Assembly: GCA_963725665.1 (NCBI GenBank) | Contig: CAVRZA010000008.1 | Coordinates: 64,001 to 128,000, forward strand | DNA from: an uncultured Actinomycetes bacterium | GTDB lineage: Bacteria; Actinomycetota; Thermoleophilia; UBA2241 | Direction of reading: 5' to 3' | Length of the DNA stretch: 64,000 nucleotides | Shown: positions 11,274 through 21,164 of the stretch, one piece after another | Layout: each line of letters begins with the position of its first letter | How positions within the stretch are numbered: position 1 is the stretch's first letter | Position numbers and translations under genes: made by a program | Notes under the pieces: model-generated | What the model was told of the DNA's origin: nothing | Database searches by the model: none | The model's input: only the letters and a program-made list of their open reading frames with translations

Positions 11274-11876
11274 GTGACCTCTGCGCACGATAGGCTTCGC
11301 CTCGTCCTTGCCTCGCGCTCGCCGCAGCGTGACGCCTTGTTGCGCCAACTCGGGATACCGTTCCGCGTCTGCGTGAGCGGTCACGACGAGACGGAGCACG
11401 AGGGTGGCCCTGCGGCGACGGTCGAGGAGAACGCCCGCGGCAAGGCCGCCGCAGTCTGCGGGCGCGTGCGTCTAGCGGTGGGGGAGTTCGTTCTGGGCGT
11501 CGATACGGTCGTCGTCGTCGAGGGTGAGACCCTGGGCAAGGCGGCCGACGAGGTTGAAGCGGCCGCCTACCTGCGCCGCCTGAGTGGGCGCGCGCACGAG
11601 GTCTACAGCGGGCTCTGCCTGCGTCACGGCGCGGACGAGCGCTGTGGACACGAGGTCACGGCGGTGCGCTTCCGCGAGATCGGCGCCGGCGCGCTGGCGC
11701 GCTATCTCGCCTCCGGCGAGTGGCGCGAGCGCGCCGGCGCCTACGCCATCCAGGGCCTGGGGTCGTCCTTCGTCGCGGCTGTGCAGGGCGACTACTTCAA
11801 CGTCGTCGGTCTGCCGGTGCGCCTCCTCGTCGAGGAGCTCGTGAGCCTCGGCGTCGAGCCGCTGTCTTGGCTCTGA
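11274..11876 (+). CDS. maf: Maf-family nucleoside triphosphate pyrophosphatase
   Basis: LVLASRSPQR, GVDTVV, AGAYAIQG, NVVGLP. Confidence 0.96.
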   Translation: MTSAHDRLRLVLASRSPQRDALLRQLGIPFRVCVSGHDETEHEGGPAATVEENARGKAAAVCGRVRLAVGEFVLGVDTVVVVEGETLGKAADEVEAAAYLRRLSGRAHEVYSGLCLRHGADERCGHEVTAVRFREIGAGALARYLASGEWRERAGAYAIQGLGSSFVAAVQGDYFNVVGLPVRLLVEELVSLGVEPLSWL

Positions 11877-11983
11877 GCGGCGATGAGGAGACCGGCCGGG
11901 GCGCGTCGAAACGTGAGGAGATGCGCCAGGAGGCAAGCGCGGGCCTCGAAGGCACGGCTGTGGTCGCCGCGAGAGCCATGCCC

Positions 11984-11989
11984 TATACT
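11984..11989 (+). promoter_or_regulatory. -10 element TATACT for the mre operon
   Basis: Near-consensus -10 about 50 nt upstream of mreB. Confidence 0.55.
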
Positions 11990-12038
11990 ATGGGGCTTGG
12001 TCTGAAGCCTTCCTTGTCTGCACTGAAAGGAGCCGGCA

Positions 12039-13082
12039 ATTAGCTTCCTCAGCTTCCTCACCGGTTTTGGAGCTCGCGACATGGCGGTCGATCTGGGGAC
12101 CGCGAACACCCTCGTCTACGTACGGGGGCGCGGCATCGTGCTCTCCGAGCCTTCGGTCGTGGCCATCGATCACCGCAGCGGCGAGGTCCACGCCGTCGGC
12201 GCCGAGGCCAAGCGCATGCTCGGGCGGACCCCGGGCACGATCAGCGCCATCCGTCCTCTGAAGGATGGTGTCATCGCCGACTTCGACGTGACCGAGCAGA
12301 TGCTGCGTCACTTCATCCGCAGAGCGTCCAACAACAAGTGGGCCCACCCGCGCGTCGTCATCTGCGTGCCCTCGGGCGTGACCGGCGTGGAGAAGCGCGC
12401 TGTCGAGGAGGCGACCTACTCGGCCGGCGCTCGCTGGGCGGGCCTCATCGAGGAGCCCATGGCGGCCGCCATCGGCGCCGGTCTGCCGGTAGCCGAGCCC
12501 ACGGGGAGCATGATCGTCGATATCGGCGGCGGCACCAGCGAGGTGGCCGTCATCTCCCTCGGCGGCATCGTCGTCTCGCAGTCGATCCGGGTCGGCGGCG
12601 ACGAGCTCGACGAGGCCGTCATCAGCTACGTCAAGAAGGAGTACAAGCTCCTCATCGGCAGCCAGACGGCCGAGGAGATCAAGCTCGAGATCGGCTCGGC
12701 GCATCCTTTGCCGCAGGAGGAACAGGCCGAGATCCGCGGCCGCGACCTCGTGACGGGGCTGCCCAAGACGATCGTCCTCTCGTCTGAGGAGGTGCGCTCC
12801 GCGCTGGAGGAGCCGACCCAGGCGATCATCGACGCGATCAAAGCCACGCTCGACAAGACACCGCCCGAGCTGGCGAGCGACATCATGGACCGCGGCATCA
12901 TGCTGGCTGGCGGCGGATCTCTGCTTCAGGGGATGCCCGAGCGCCTGCGCGGCGAGACGCAGATGCCCGTGCATCTCGCCGAGTCGCCGCTCACCTGCGT
13001 CGCGGTCGGGTCCGGCAAGTACCTCGAGGAGTTCGATGCCCTTTCAAGGAGCATGCGCAGCGCGCGGCCGAAGGGGCGCTAG
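12039..13082 (+). CDS. mreB: Rod shape-determining actin homolog MreB (probable ATT start; first ATG at 12081)
   Basis: DLGTANT, EPMAAAIG, DIGGGTSE, GGGSLL; SD GAAAGGAG ends 6 nt before an in-frame ATT. Confidence 0.97.
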   Translation: MSFLSFLTGFGARDMAVDLGTANTLVYVRGRGIVLSEPSVVAIDHRSGEVHAVGAEAKRMLGRTPGTISAIRPLKDGVIADFDVTEQMLRHFIRRASNNKWAHPRVVICVPSGVTGVEKRAVEEATYSAGARWAGLIEEPMAAAIGAGLPVAEPTGSMIVDIGGGTSEVAVISLGGIVVSQSIRVGGDELDEAVISYVKKEYKLLIGSQTAEEIKLEIGSAHPLPQEEQAEIRGRDLVTGLPKTIVLSSEEVRSALEEPTQAIIDAIKATLDKTPPELASDIMDRGIMLAGGGSLLQGMPERLRGETQMPVHLAESPLTCVAVGSGKYLEEFDALSRSMRSARPKGR

Positions 13083-13104
13083 CGAGAAACGGCTGTAGCG
13101 TCTG

Positions 13105-13941
13105 GTGGCTCGCAAACGCGCAGTCCGACGGCGGATCCTCGCCGCTGTCCTGCTTCTGCTATCGGTAGGTCTGCTTACGCTGTACTTCCGTGAGTCTGAG
13201 GGAGGCGTCGTGCACCGCGCCCAAGACCGCGGGCTGAGCGTGCTGGCTCCCCTGCAGACGGGCACCGCGCGTGCCATCCAGCCCTTCCGCGACGGCTGGA
13301 ACTGGGTCGGCGACCTGTTCCGCGCCAAGTCGGAGAACGCCCGCCTCAAGAAGGAGGTCGTCGCTCTGCGAGCGGGGGTCGCCGAAGCGCAGGCCACGCA
13401 GGCCGAGAACGATCAGCTGCGCGCGCTGGTGCAGATCAGGCAGCAGATGGCGTCGATCTACCCCAAAGGCCTGCACTTCGTGACCGCGCGCGTGATCGCG
13501 CGCTCGACGGCGGCCTGGTACTCGACGGTGACCGTCGACGCCGGGTCGGAGCAGGGAGTCAAGGAGTTCGACGCCGTCGTGAACGGGCAGGGCCTCGTCG
13601 GGCGCGTGACCTCGGTGACGACCGACGCCGCCGAGGTCACGCTGATCACCGACCAATCGAGTTTCGTCGACGCCGTGGTGCTGCCCGAACGGGCCCAAGG
13701 GCTGCTTGCCGGCAGCGTCACCGGCGATCTCAGCCTGCAGTACGTCGACAAGAGCGCCAAGGTGGAGCAGGGGCAGTTCGTGGTCACGTCGGGGATGAAG
13801 GGCTCGGTCTTCATACCGGGCATCCCCATCGGCACCGTCGCGAGCGTGGCGCAGCAGGAGGTAGAGCTCTACCAGAGCGTGTCGGTGAGTCCCTTCGTCG
13901 ACTTCCACACGCTCGACCTCGTGATGGTGGTCGAACGATGA
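13105..13941 (+). CDS. mreC: Rod shape-determining protein MreC
   Basis: N-terminal TM, coiled coil (ENARLK), GLVGRV, TSG...IPIG. Confidence 0.95.
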   Translation: MARKRAVRRRILAAVLLLLSVGLLTLYFRESEGGVVHRAQDRGLSVLAPLQTGTARAIQPFRDGWNWVGDLFRAKSENARLKKEVVALRAGVAEAQATQAENDQLRALVQIRQQMASIYPKGLHFVTARVIARSTAAWYSTVTVDAGSEQGVKEFDAVVNGQGLVGRVTSVTTDAAEVTLITDQSSFVDAVVLPERAQGLLAGSVTGDLSLQYVDKSAKVEQGQFVVTSGMKGSVFIPGIPIGTVASVAQQEVELYQSVSVSPFVDFHTLDLVMVVER

Positions 13942-14546
13942 GCGTGCCGACGATCCCGTCGCGGCGGGCCGCGCCCGCGTCGGTGGCACCCGCGAGCGTC
14001 ACGCGCCGCTTGCACACCGCCCAGGAGCAGCTCAACCCGGCGGCAGAGCTCGCCCGCTTCTTCGTGCTGCTGGTCGCGGCGACGCTGCTGCAGACGCTGA
14101 TCGCGCCCAACGTGCGCATCCTCGGCGCGAACCCCGACTTCATGCTCATCGTGGTCGCCTCCGTCGGGCTCCTGCGCGGCTCGGAGGCCGGCGCATTGTT
14201 CGGGTTCGCCGGCGGTGTGGTCGTCGCCGTGGCTCTCTTCGAACCGCTCGGCATCACGGCCTTCGTGCTGGTGATCGTGGGTTACTTCTCGGGGCGATAC
14301 GCGGAGACCGCCGACCTCTCGTCGGGTTTCGCGCCCCTCGTCGCCGTTTTCGTCGGCAGTCTTCTGGCCGAGTCGCTCTCCGTGGTCGCCCAGTTCCTGC
14401 TCGGGCGCCAGGTGCCGCTCGACTTCGTCGTCACGAGGGTCGCCGTCCCGGCCCTGATCCTGAACACCTTGCTCGCCGCGCCGGTCTACGTCGCCGCGCG
14501 CTGGTGGATGCGAGGGGAGAGGACCCACCGTGCGTTGGAGGCGTAG
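13938..14546 (+). CDS. mreD: Rod shape-determining protein MreD
   Basis: Multi-TM protein with PDFMLIVV...GALFGFAGG, between mreC and pbp2. Confidence 0.9.
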   Translation: MSVPTIPSRRAAPASVAPASVTRRLHTAQEQLNPAAELARFFVLLVAATLLQTLIAPNVRILGANPDFMLIVVASVGLLRGSEAGALFGFAGGVVVAVALFEPLGITAFVLVIVGYFSGRYAETADLSSGFAPLVAVFVGSLLAESLSVVAQFLLGRQVPLDFVVTRVAVPALILNTLLAAPVYVAARWWMRGERTHRALEA

Positions 14547-16488
14547 GGGACCCTTCCAGCGTCGCCCCCTTCCCGACGGCCGTCGCGACCGTCCCATACG
14601 CACGCTCAGGGCCGACAGGCCGTTCGTGCAGCCGCCGTCGGTCGCCCTCCGCGTGGCCGCCATCGGCATGCTCGCCGTGGTCGTCTTCGCGGTCATCCTG
14701 TTCCGTCTGTGGTTCTTGCAGATCCTCACCGGCACGCAGCACGTCGCCGAAGCCAACGACAACCGCCTGCGCACGGTGAAGCTGGTGCCGCCGCGGGGGA
14801 CGATCCTCGATCGCAACGGCAGGATTTTGGTCGACAACCGGCCCGGCAACGCCATCGGCATACGCCCCATGGACGTGCCGTCGGGTGAGCTCAAGCCGCT
14901 CATCAAGCGCCTCGCCGGAGTGCTGGACATGTCGGGCGCCGAGATCCGTCGGCAGCTGCGTGAGCACGCCGCCAACCCCTACGACCTCGTCGTGATCAAA
15001 AGGGACGTGAGACGTCGCGTGTTCTCCTACATCCTCGAGCGCAAGGCGTCGTTCCCGGGGGTCGAAGTACAGAAGAACTACTTGCGGGACTACCCCGGCG
15101 GCGAGTTGGCCGCTCAGTTGCTCGGCCACACCGGCGAGATCTCGGGACAGCAGCTCAAGGAATCGCGCTTCAGCGGGTACTCGGCCGGCGATGTCATCGG
15201 CCTGTCGGGCGTCGAGTACACGTTCGACCGCTGGCTGCGCGGGCGCGACGGGGCGCTGAAGGTCGAGGTCGACGCCTTCGGGAGGCCCAAGGCGCAGGTG
15301 CCCGGCGGCAGGCTCGCGCAGCCGGGAGACAGCCTGGTGCTGACCATCGACGATCGCGTGCAGCGGGCGGCGGAGAACGCTGTGCGCTACGGCATCGACC
15401 TCGCCCACGCCGCCAACAACTGGCGCGCCGACGCCGGCGCCGCGGTCGTCATGGACCCCAGGAGCGGCGAGCTTCTCGCCATGGCGAGCTACCCGACCTA
15501 TGACCCCGCGATCTTCGCCGACGGGCTGACGCCGAAGGAATGGAAGAAGCTGCGCCGGCCCTCCGCCAACAACCCTCTCATGGAACGCGCCGACCAGGGA
15601 GCTTATCCGGTCGGCTCGACCTTCAAGCTCATCGATGCCGTGGCGGGGCTCGAAGAGGGCGTCATAAGCCCCTACACGACCTTCTCTTGTCCGGGCTACT
15701 TCAAAGCCTACGGGTCGACCTGGCACTGCTGGATCTACCCCGGGGCGCACGGCACGATCCCGCTCGATCTGGCGCTCGAGGAGTCGTGCGACGTCTACTT
15801 CTACAACGTCGGCCTGCTCTTCTACGGCCGCAAAGGCACGGAGCTCGAGGACTGGGCGAAGCGCCTGGGCCTCGGGCACCTCACCGGCATCGACATCCCC
15901 GGTGAGGTGCCCGGTCTCGTGCCAACGCCCGAGTGGCGCAAGAAGACCTTCACGAGTCCTATCGACAAGCTCTGGAAGCCGGGCAACTCGATCAACCTGG
16001 CCATCGGCCAGGGCGACCTGAAGGCGACGCCCCTGCAGATGGCGGTCGCCTACGCCGCCGTCGCGAACGGAGGCTTCGTCGTCGAACCCCACCTCGGCCT
16101 CAAGGTGCTCTCGCCCCAGGGCAGGCTGCTCGAGCGCTTGTCGGGGGCGGCGCCGAAGAAGCTCGACGTCTCGCTGGCCACGCTCGAGACCGTGCGCCGC
16201 GGCATCCGTCTCGCCGCCTCGGGTCCGGTCGGCACGTCGACGTCGGTGTTCGCCGGCTTCCCCGTTCCGGTGGCCGGCAAGACCGGCACGGCGGAGATGT
16301 TCGGCAAGGGCGACTACTCCTGGTACGTGAGCTGGGCGCCGGCCGACCATCCCAAGTACCTGGTCGCCGTCATGATCGAGCAGGGTGGCCACGGCGGCAG
16401 CGCGGCGGCGCCGGCGGCGCGCATGATCTACGACACGCTGTTCAACGTGAAGGGCGGTCAGATCAGCGGCGCGACCAAGAGCGACTGA
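14530..16488 (+). CDS. mrdA: Penicillin-binding protein 2 (class B)
   Basis: RGTILDRNG, active-site GSTFK, SCD (SxN variant) and KTGT. Confidence 0.96.
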   Translation: MRWRRRGPFQRRPLPDGRRDRPIRTLRADRPFVQPPSVALRVAAIGMLAVVVFAVILFRLWFLQILTGTQHVAEANDNRLRTVKLVPPRGTILDRNGRILVDNRPGNAIGIRPMDVPSGELKPLIKRLAGVLDMSGAEIRRQLREHAANPYDLVVIKRDVRRRVFSYILERKASFPGVEVQKNYLRDYPGGELAAQLLGHTGEISGQQLKESRFSGYSAGDVIGLSGVEYTFDRWLRGRDGALKVEVDAFGRPKAQVPGGRLAQPGDSLVLTIDDRVQRAAENAVRYGIDLAHAANNWRADAGAAVVMDPRSGELLAMASYPTYDPAIFADGLTPKEWKKLRRPSANNPLMERADQGAYPVGSTFKLIDAVAGLEEGVISPYTTFSCPGYFKAYGSTWHCWIYPGAHGTIPLDLALEESCDVYFYNVGLLFYGRKGTELEDWAKRLGLGHLTGIDIPGEVPGLVPTPEWRKKTFTSPIDKLWKPGNSINLAIGQGDLKATPLQMAVAYAAVANGGFVVEPHLGLKVLSPQGRLLERLSGAAPKKLDVSLATLETVRRGIRLAASGPVGTSTSVFAGFPVPVAGKTGTAEMFGKGDYSWYVSWAPADHPKYLVAVMIEQGGHGGSAAAPAARMIYDTLFNVKGGQISGATKSD

Positions 16489-16490
16489 CG

Positions 16491-17639
16491 GTGGACCTGC
16501 GCTCCTACCTGCGCCACGTCGACTACCTGCTCCTCGCGACGGCGGCGATCCTGACCGGCTACGGCGTGACCGTGGTCTTCTTCGCCACGCGCAACGACCC
16601 CCTGCCGCGTCCCACCTACTACTCCGACTACCAGCTCGTCTACGGCCTGGCCGGGTACGTCCTGCTGGTCGCGTTGTCGATCGTCGACTACGAACGCTTC
16701 CGCCGCTGGCAGTGGCCGCTGTACGCGTTCGCGATCCTCTCGATCCTCGCCGTCTTCGCCTTGGGACCCGTCACGCGGGGATCGCGTCGCTGGCTCGTGC
16801 TGCCGTTCTTCCGCTTCCAGCCGTCGGAGCTCGCTCTGGTGATCGTGACCGTCGCCCTCTCGGCCTTCCTCCTCGACCGGCTGCACCTGCTGGGAACGCG
16901 CCGCATCACTTTGATGGCCATCGCCTACGTGGCGCTGCCGGCGCTGCTCGTCTTCGCCCAACCCGACTTCGGCACGACCATGGTGTTCGTGTGCCTGTGC
17001 ATCGCCGTCCTCTTCTTCTACGGTACGCCTTGGACCCACTTTGCGGCCCTCGCTGGCGCCCTCGCCTTGGCTCTCGTCGGCGTCTTCGCGCTCTTGCCGG
17101 CGCTGGGCGTCCAACTCGTCAAGAGCTATCAGATGGAGAGGCTCACCGTCTTCCTCAACCCAGGCCACGACCCCTCGGGCAGCGGGTACAACCTCGCGCA
17201 GTCGATCATCGCCATCGGGTCCGGGGGACTTCACGGCCGCGGCAACCTGGCTACGCAGACGACGCTCGACTTCCTGCCCGAACACCACACCGACTTCATC
17301 TTCGCCGTCGTGAGCGAACGCTACGGGTTCGTCGGCGCCGCGCTGCTCCTGGCTCTCTTCGCGGTGCTCGTTTGGCGTGCGCTACGCATCGCCACCATCT
17401 CGCGCGACCTGTACGGCAGCATGATCGCGGGAGCCATCGCGGCCATGTTCCTGTTTGAGATCTTCGTGAACGTCGGTATGACTCTTGGTATCATGCCCAT
17501 CACGGGGATCCCGCTCCCGTTCATCAGCTACGGCGGGGCGGCTCTCATCACCAACCTCATGCTCGTCGGTCTCCTCGAGAGCATCCATATCAGAGGACGG
17601 ATCGCGGGTGTGGCAGGGGGGCTTCGTGGCAACGGTTAG
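16491..17639 (+). CDS. rodA: SEDS glycosyltransferase RodA
   Basis: FQPSEL, QPDFGT, LPEHHTDFIF, GIPLPFISYGG; GTG start 16491. Confidence 0.96.
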   Translation: MDLRSYLRHVDYLLLATAAILTGYGVTVVFFATRNDPLPRPTYYSDYQLVYGLAGYVLLVALSIVDYERFRRWQWPLYAFAILSILAVFALGPVTRGSRRWLVLPFFRFQPSELALVIVTVALSAFLLDRLHLLGTRRITLMAIAYVALPALLVFAQPDFGTTMVFVCLCIAVLFFYGTPWTHFAALAGALALALVGVFALLPALGVQLVKSYQMERLTVFLNPGHDPSGSGYNLAQSIIAIGSGGLHGRGNLATQTTLDFLPEHHTDFIFAVVSERYGFVGAALLLALFAVLVWRALRIATISRDLYGSMIAGAIAAMFLFEIFVNVGMTLGIMPITGIPLPFISYGGAALITNLMLVGLLESIHIRGRIAGVAGGLRGNG

Positions 17640-18579
17640 CATGCGCAAGATCATCGGCGCGTTCAACGAGGCGCGCTCTCGTGCGGGGCGGCCCGCGAGG
17701 CTGTGCCTGGTGGGCGACCCGGGCGACGTCGCGATGTTCGCGGCCGCTCTGGTTTCGGGAGGCGGCGACGCCGCCGGCGGCGCGGCTCAGTCGGGGTCGG
17801 ATCGCGCGGCCGACGTCCTGCGCACGTTCGATGTCGATTCCTTTGCCCGCTCGCCGAAGGAGCTGCGCGCCTGCTCGCTGGTGGTGTTTGTGGCGCGCCC
17901 AGGGCGTCTTGCGCCCGAAGCCCTGCGCGCGCCGGTCGCGATGGTGCGCGAGGCCGACGTGCCGCTCCTCGCGGTGCTCCTCGACGCCGGCCGGGCCGAC
18001 GCGGGGCTCTGGGTGGCGAGCGACGTCTTCTTCGCCCAGGAGGTGGCCGTGCTTCGTCCCGGCGAAGCGCTGGCGCACTCGGAGGCGGCGAGGAGCATCG
18101 CCGGGCGCGCGCGCGACGGCGCCGTGCCGCTGGCGGCGCGCTTGCCGGCGCTGCGCCCGGCCGTCGTCGACCGCATCATCGCCACCGCCGCGCGCCAGAA
18201 CGGCGTCGTCGGGGTGCTGGTGTTCATCCCCGGCGCCGACATGCCGGTGATGACGGTGAACCAGATACGCATGGTCCTGCAGATCGCCGCCGCCTATGGC
18301 GAGCGCGTCGGGCTCGAGCGGGCTGTCGAGATCCTCTCGGTGGTCGGCCTCGGGTTCGGCCTACGCACGATCGCTCGCGAAGCGCTCGACTTCGCCCCCG
18401 GACCGGGGTGGATGTTGAAGGGCGGCTTCGGCTACGCGGCGACGCTGGCCCTCGGTAAGACCGCGGTGCGCTACTTTGAAGAAGGCGCGCCGCTCACGAC
18501 GAGCCGGGTAACACGGCTCACGGAGAAGCTTGGCAAGATTCCCAACCCACTCGCAGGACGGGGGTCGCGTACCGGATGA
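17626..18579 (+). CDS. DUF697-like protein with an alpha/beta N-terminal domain
   Basis: C-terminal PGADMPVMTVNQIRMVLQIAAAYG...ATLALGK typical of DUF697; start GTG 17626 or ATG 17641. Confidence 0.75.
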   Translation: MATVSMRKIIGAFNEARSRAGRPARLCLVGDPGDVAMFAAALVSGGGDAAGGAAQSGSDRAADVLRTFDVDSFARSPKELRACSLVVFVARPGRLAPEALRAPVAMVREADVPLLAVLLDAGRADAGLWVASDVFFAQEVAVLRPGEALAHSEAARSIAGRARDGAVPLAARLPALRPAVVDRIIATAARQNGVVGVLVFIPGADMPVMTVNQIRMVLQIAAAYGERVGLERAVEILSVVGLGFGLRTIAREALDFAPGPGWMLKGGFGYAATLALGKTAVRYFEEGAPLTTSRVTRLTEKLGKIPNPLAGRGSRTG

Positions 18580-20401
18580 GCTGACCGATCTCCTCGCTCG
18601 CGTGACTCGCCCCGCACGCTACGTGGGCGGCGAGTTCAACGTGCGACGCAAGAGCGGCGCCTCGCCGCGCATCGTGCTGTCGTACCCCGACGTGTACGAG
18701 ATCGGGATATCGAACCCCGGTCTGCAGATCCTCTATAGCTGGCTCCACGAACGCACGCCGGCCGCGGTCGAGCGTGCCTACTGCCCGTGGCCAGATCTCG
18801 CCGCGCTCATGCGGGAACGCCGCGTGCCTCTGTGGACCCTGGAGAGCTTCGCCCCCGTGCGCGAGTGCGAGCTCTGGGGCTTCACCCTGCAGCACGAGCT
18901 CACCTACACGAACGTGCTCGAGATGCTCGACCTCGCCGGCGTGCCGCTGTGCGCGGCCGCACGAGGTGAGGGCGACCCAATAGTCATGGGCGGCGGGCCG
19001 GGCACGGCCAACCCGCTGCCGGTGGCACCGTTCTTCGACGCCTTCTTCGTCGGTGAGGCTGAGGGCAGGTTGGGCGAGATGGTCGAGGCGCTGCGCGCGC
19101 CCTCGCGCGCGCAGCGCCTCGACCATCTCGCGGCCGTCGGCGGCGTCTGGGTGCCGGCACGCGCGAGCCACGATTCGCCGGGGAACTATCCCGTCGCGCA
19201 CGGCGGACTGAGCGCAGGAGCCGAGGCCGGCGCGTCCCCCGAAAGGAGCGGGAGGTCCGCGGCCGGAGCGCGCGTCGAGCGGCAGGTCTTTAGCGAGTTC
19301 TCGCGCACGCCGCCGGTCACCGAGCCGCTGGTGCCGCTGCTCGAAGCGGTGCACGACCGCGCCGTCATCGAGGTGATGCGCGGCTGCTCGGCGGGCTGCC
19401 GCTTCTGCCAGGCTGGGCTCTGGTACCGGCCGGTGCGCGAACGGCCCGTCGACCTCGTGGTCGAGTCGGCCGTTCGCGCTCTTGCGGCCACCGGCTGTGA
19501 CGAGGTCTCCTTGCTCTCCCTGAGCTCGTGCGACTACTCGGGCATCGAGGACGCGGTGCGCGGCATCCGCGACCGGCGGTCGGACGTGCGCATCTCCCTT
19601 CCGTCGCTGCGCCTCGATTCGGCCGCCGTCGGCTTGGCTCGGCTCGGCGGCGACCAGCGCGGGTCGGTGACGCTCGCGCCGGAGGCCGCGACCCAGGCGC
19701 TGCGCGACGCGGTCAACAAGCGCGTCGACGACGGTCAGTTCCTTGGCGCCGTGCGCGCCGCCTACAGCTCCGGCTTCACCGGCGTCAAGCTGTACTTCAT
19801 GATCGGGCTCCCCGGAGAGCGCGACGAGGACGTGCGTGCCATCGCCGCGATGGCGGCTGCCGCCTTGGACGAGGGCAGGCGGCTCATCGGAGGCCGCGCC
19901 CAGCTCTCTGTCTCGGCGTCGTCGTTCGTGCCCAAAGCGCAAACACCGCTGCAGTGGGAGCCTTTCGCCGGCGCGGACGCCATCGTCCGCCGGCAGGAGC
20001 TCCTGCGTGCGGCGATGCCGCGTGGGGTGCGGCTGTCGCTTCACGACGTGGGTGCTTCGCAGGTCGAGGCGACCCTGGCACGCGGTGGCGAAGAGCTGGG
20101 GAGGTTCGTCGAAGGCGCCTGGCGCCTGGGAGCGCGCTTCGACGGCTGGCGCGAGCACTTCAGCCTCGAGGCGTGGCGGCGAGCCGCCGGCGAGGAAGGC
20201 CTTGACCTCGACGACCGCGGCGGGCTCGGGGAGGGCGACGCGCTGCCGTGGGATGTGGTCGATGCGCGTATCGCGTCGCGCTTCCTGCACGAGGAACGCG
20301 ACGCCGTGGCCTCCGGGGGCGGGCGCGACGACTGCCGCTTCGGCGCTTGCAGCGAGTGCGGCGCCTGCGTTGGGGAGATACAGATGGACCTTGTGGGGTG
20401 A
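18530..20401 (+). CDS. TIGR03960-family B12-binding radical SAM protein (start uncertain)
   Basis: PARYVGGE, YPDVYEIG, CSAGCRFC, APEA, KLYFMIGLP, C-terminal Cys cluster. Confidence 0.93.
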   Translation: MARFPTHSQDGGRVPDELTDLLARVTRPARYVGGEFNVRRKSGASPRIVLSYPDVYEIGISNPGLQILYSWLHERTPAAVERAYCPWPDLAALMRERRVPLWTLESFAPVRECELWGFTLQHELTYTNVLEMLDLAGVPLCAAARGEGDPIVMGGGPGTANPLPVAPFFDAFFVGEAEGRLGEMVEALRAPSRAQRLDHLAAVGGVWVPARASHDSPGNYPVAHGGLSAGAEAGASPERSGRSAAGARVERQVFSEFSRTPPVTEPLVPLLEAVHDRAVIEVMRGCSAGCRFCQAGLWYRPVRERPVDLVVESAVRALAATGCDEVSLLSLSSCDYSGIEDAVRGIRDRRSDVRISLPSLRLDSAAVGLARLGGDQRGSVTLAPEAATQALRDAVNKRVDDGQFLGAVRAAYSSGFTGVKLYFMIGLPGERDEDVRAIAAMAAAALDEGRRLIGGRAQLSVSASSFVPKAQTPLQWEPFAGADAIVRRQELLRAAMPRGVRLSLHDVGASQVEATLARGGEELGRFVEGAWRLGARFDGWREHFSLEAWRRAAGEEGLDLDDRGGLGEGDALPWDVVDARIASRFLHEERDAVASGGGRDDCRFGACSECGACVGEIQMDLVG

Positions 20402-20414
20402 CTGGGGTCGTGCG

Positions 20415-21164
20415 GTGAGCTGGCACCTCTTGCGTTTCTCGCGCGCCGGGGCGGCGCGCTACCTCTCGCACCTCGACACGGCGCGGGCGCTGCAGCGCAC
20501 ATTCGCACGCGCCGGCGTGCCGATCGCGCCCTCGCATGGCATGCGTCCCAGGCCGCGCCTCTCGCTCGTCCTGCCGCTGCCGGTCGGTGCAGCCGCCCTG
20601 TGCGAGCTCGCCGTCGTCGAGCTGGCGGAGCCCGAGCCAGCGGATGACCGGGCAAGGGCCCTGGGAGCATCGCACGGCTCGCCGGCGGGGGAGAGCGCTG
20701 CTCAACTCGGCGAAGTGGCCGCGGACGATCGCCTGGTCCGGCTGCGCGCCGCGGCGCCGGAGGGCATCGGCATCGAGGCTCTCGAGGCCGCCGCGGCGCG
20801 CCCGCGCCCGGTGGCCGTGAGCGCCGACTACGAGTGTGAGCTGGCGGCGAGGCCCGAGCGCCTGGCGCCGGCTCTCGCCTGGTTCGACGAGCAAGAGCAC
20901 GTTGCGACGGAGCGCATCTCGCCCAAAGGGACGAAGATGGTCGACCTGCGGCACTACGTCGGCGGGGTGTTCGTGAGAAGGTCGCTAAGCGGCTCGCGGC
21001 TTGGTTTCACGGTGCGCTACGAGAGCGCCGGCGCCGCCAGACCCGAGGAGTTCGTCCGCCTGCTGGCCGTCAGGGCCGGGGTGGACCCGGTGATGCGCGA
21101 CCTCGTGAGGACGCGCGTCGCCTACAGGGAATCGCGCGACTGTGGTCGCGCAGGCAAGGAGTGA
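20415..21164 (+). CDS. TIGR03936-family radical SAM-linked protein (DUF2344)
   Basis: RYLSHLD...RAGVPIAPSHGMRPRPRLS...LPVG; coupled to the TIGR03960 gene. Confidence 0.88.
   Translation: MSWHLLRFSRAGAARYLSHLDTARALQRTFARAGVPIAPSHGMRPRPRLSLVLPLPVGAAALCELAVVELAEPEPADDRARALGASHGSPAGESAAQLGEVAADDRLVRLRAAAPEGIGIEALEAAAARPRPVAVSADYECELAARPERLAPALAWFDEQEHVATERISPKGTKMVDLRHYVGGVFVRRSLSGSRLGFTVRYESAGAARPEEFVRLLAVRAGVDPVMRDLVRTRVAYRESRDCGRAGKE

Noticed and set aside
15933-16490. Long N-terminal extensions of rodA, and similarly of the TIGR03936 gene, yqeK, rluB, parA and DUF512, in the ORF track
   Set aside because: They are Arg/Gly-rich alternative-frame text overlapping upstream genes or intergenic DNA; family homology begins at the downstream starts I used.
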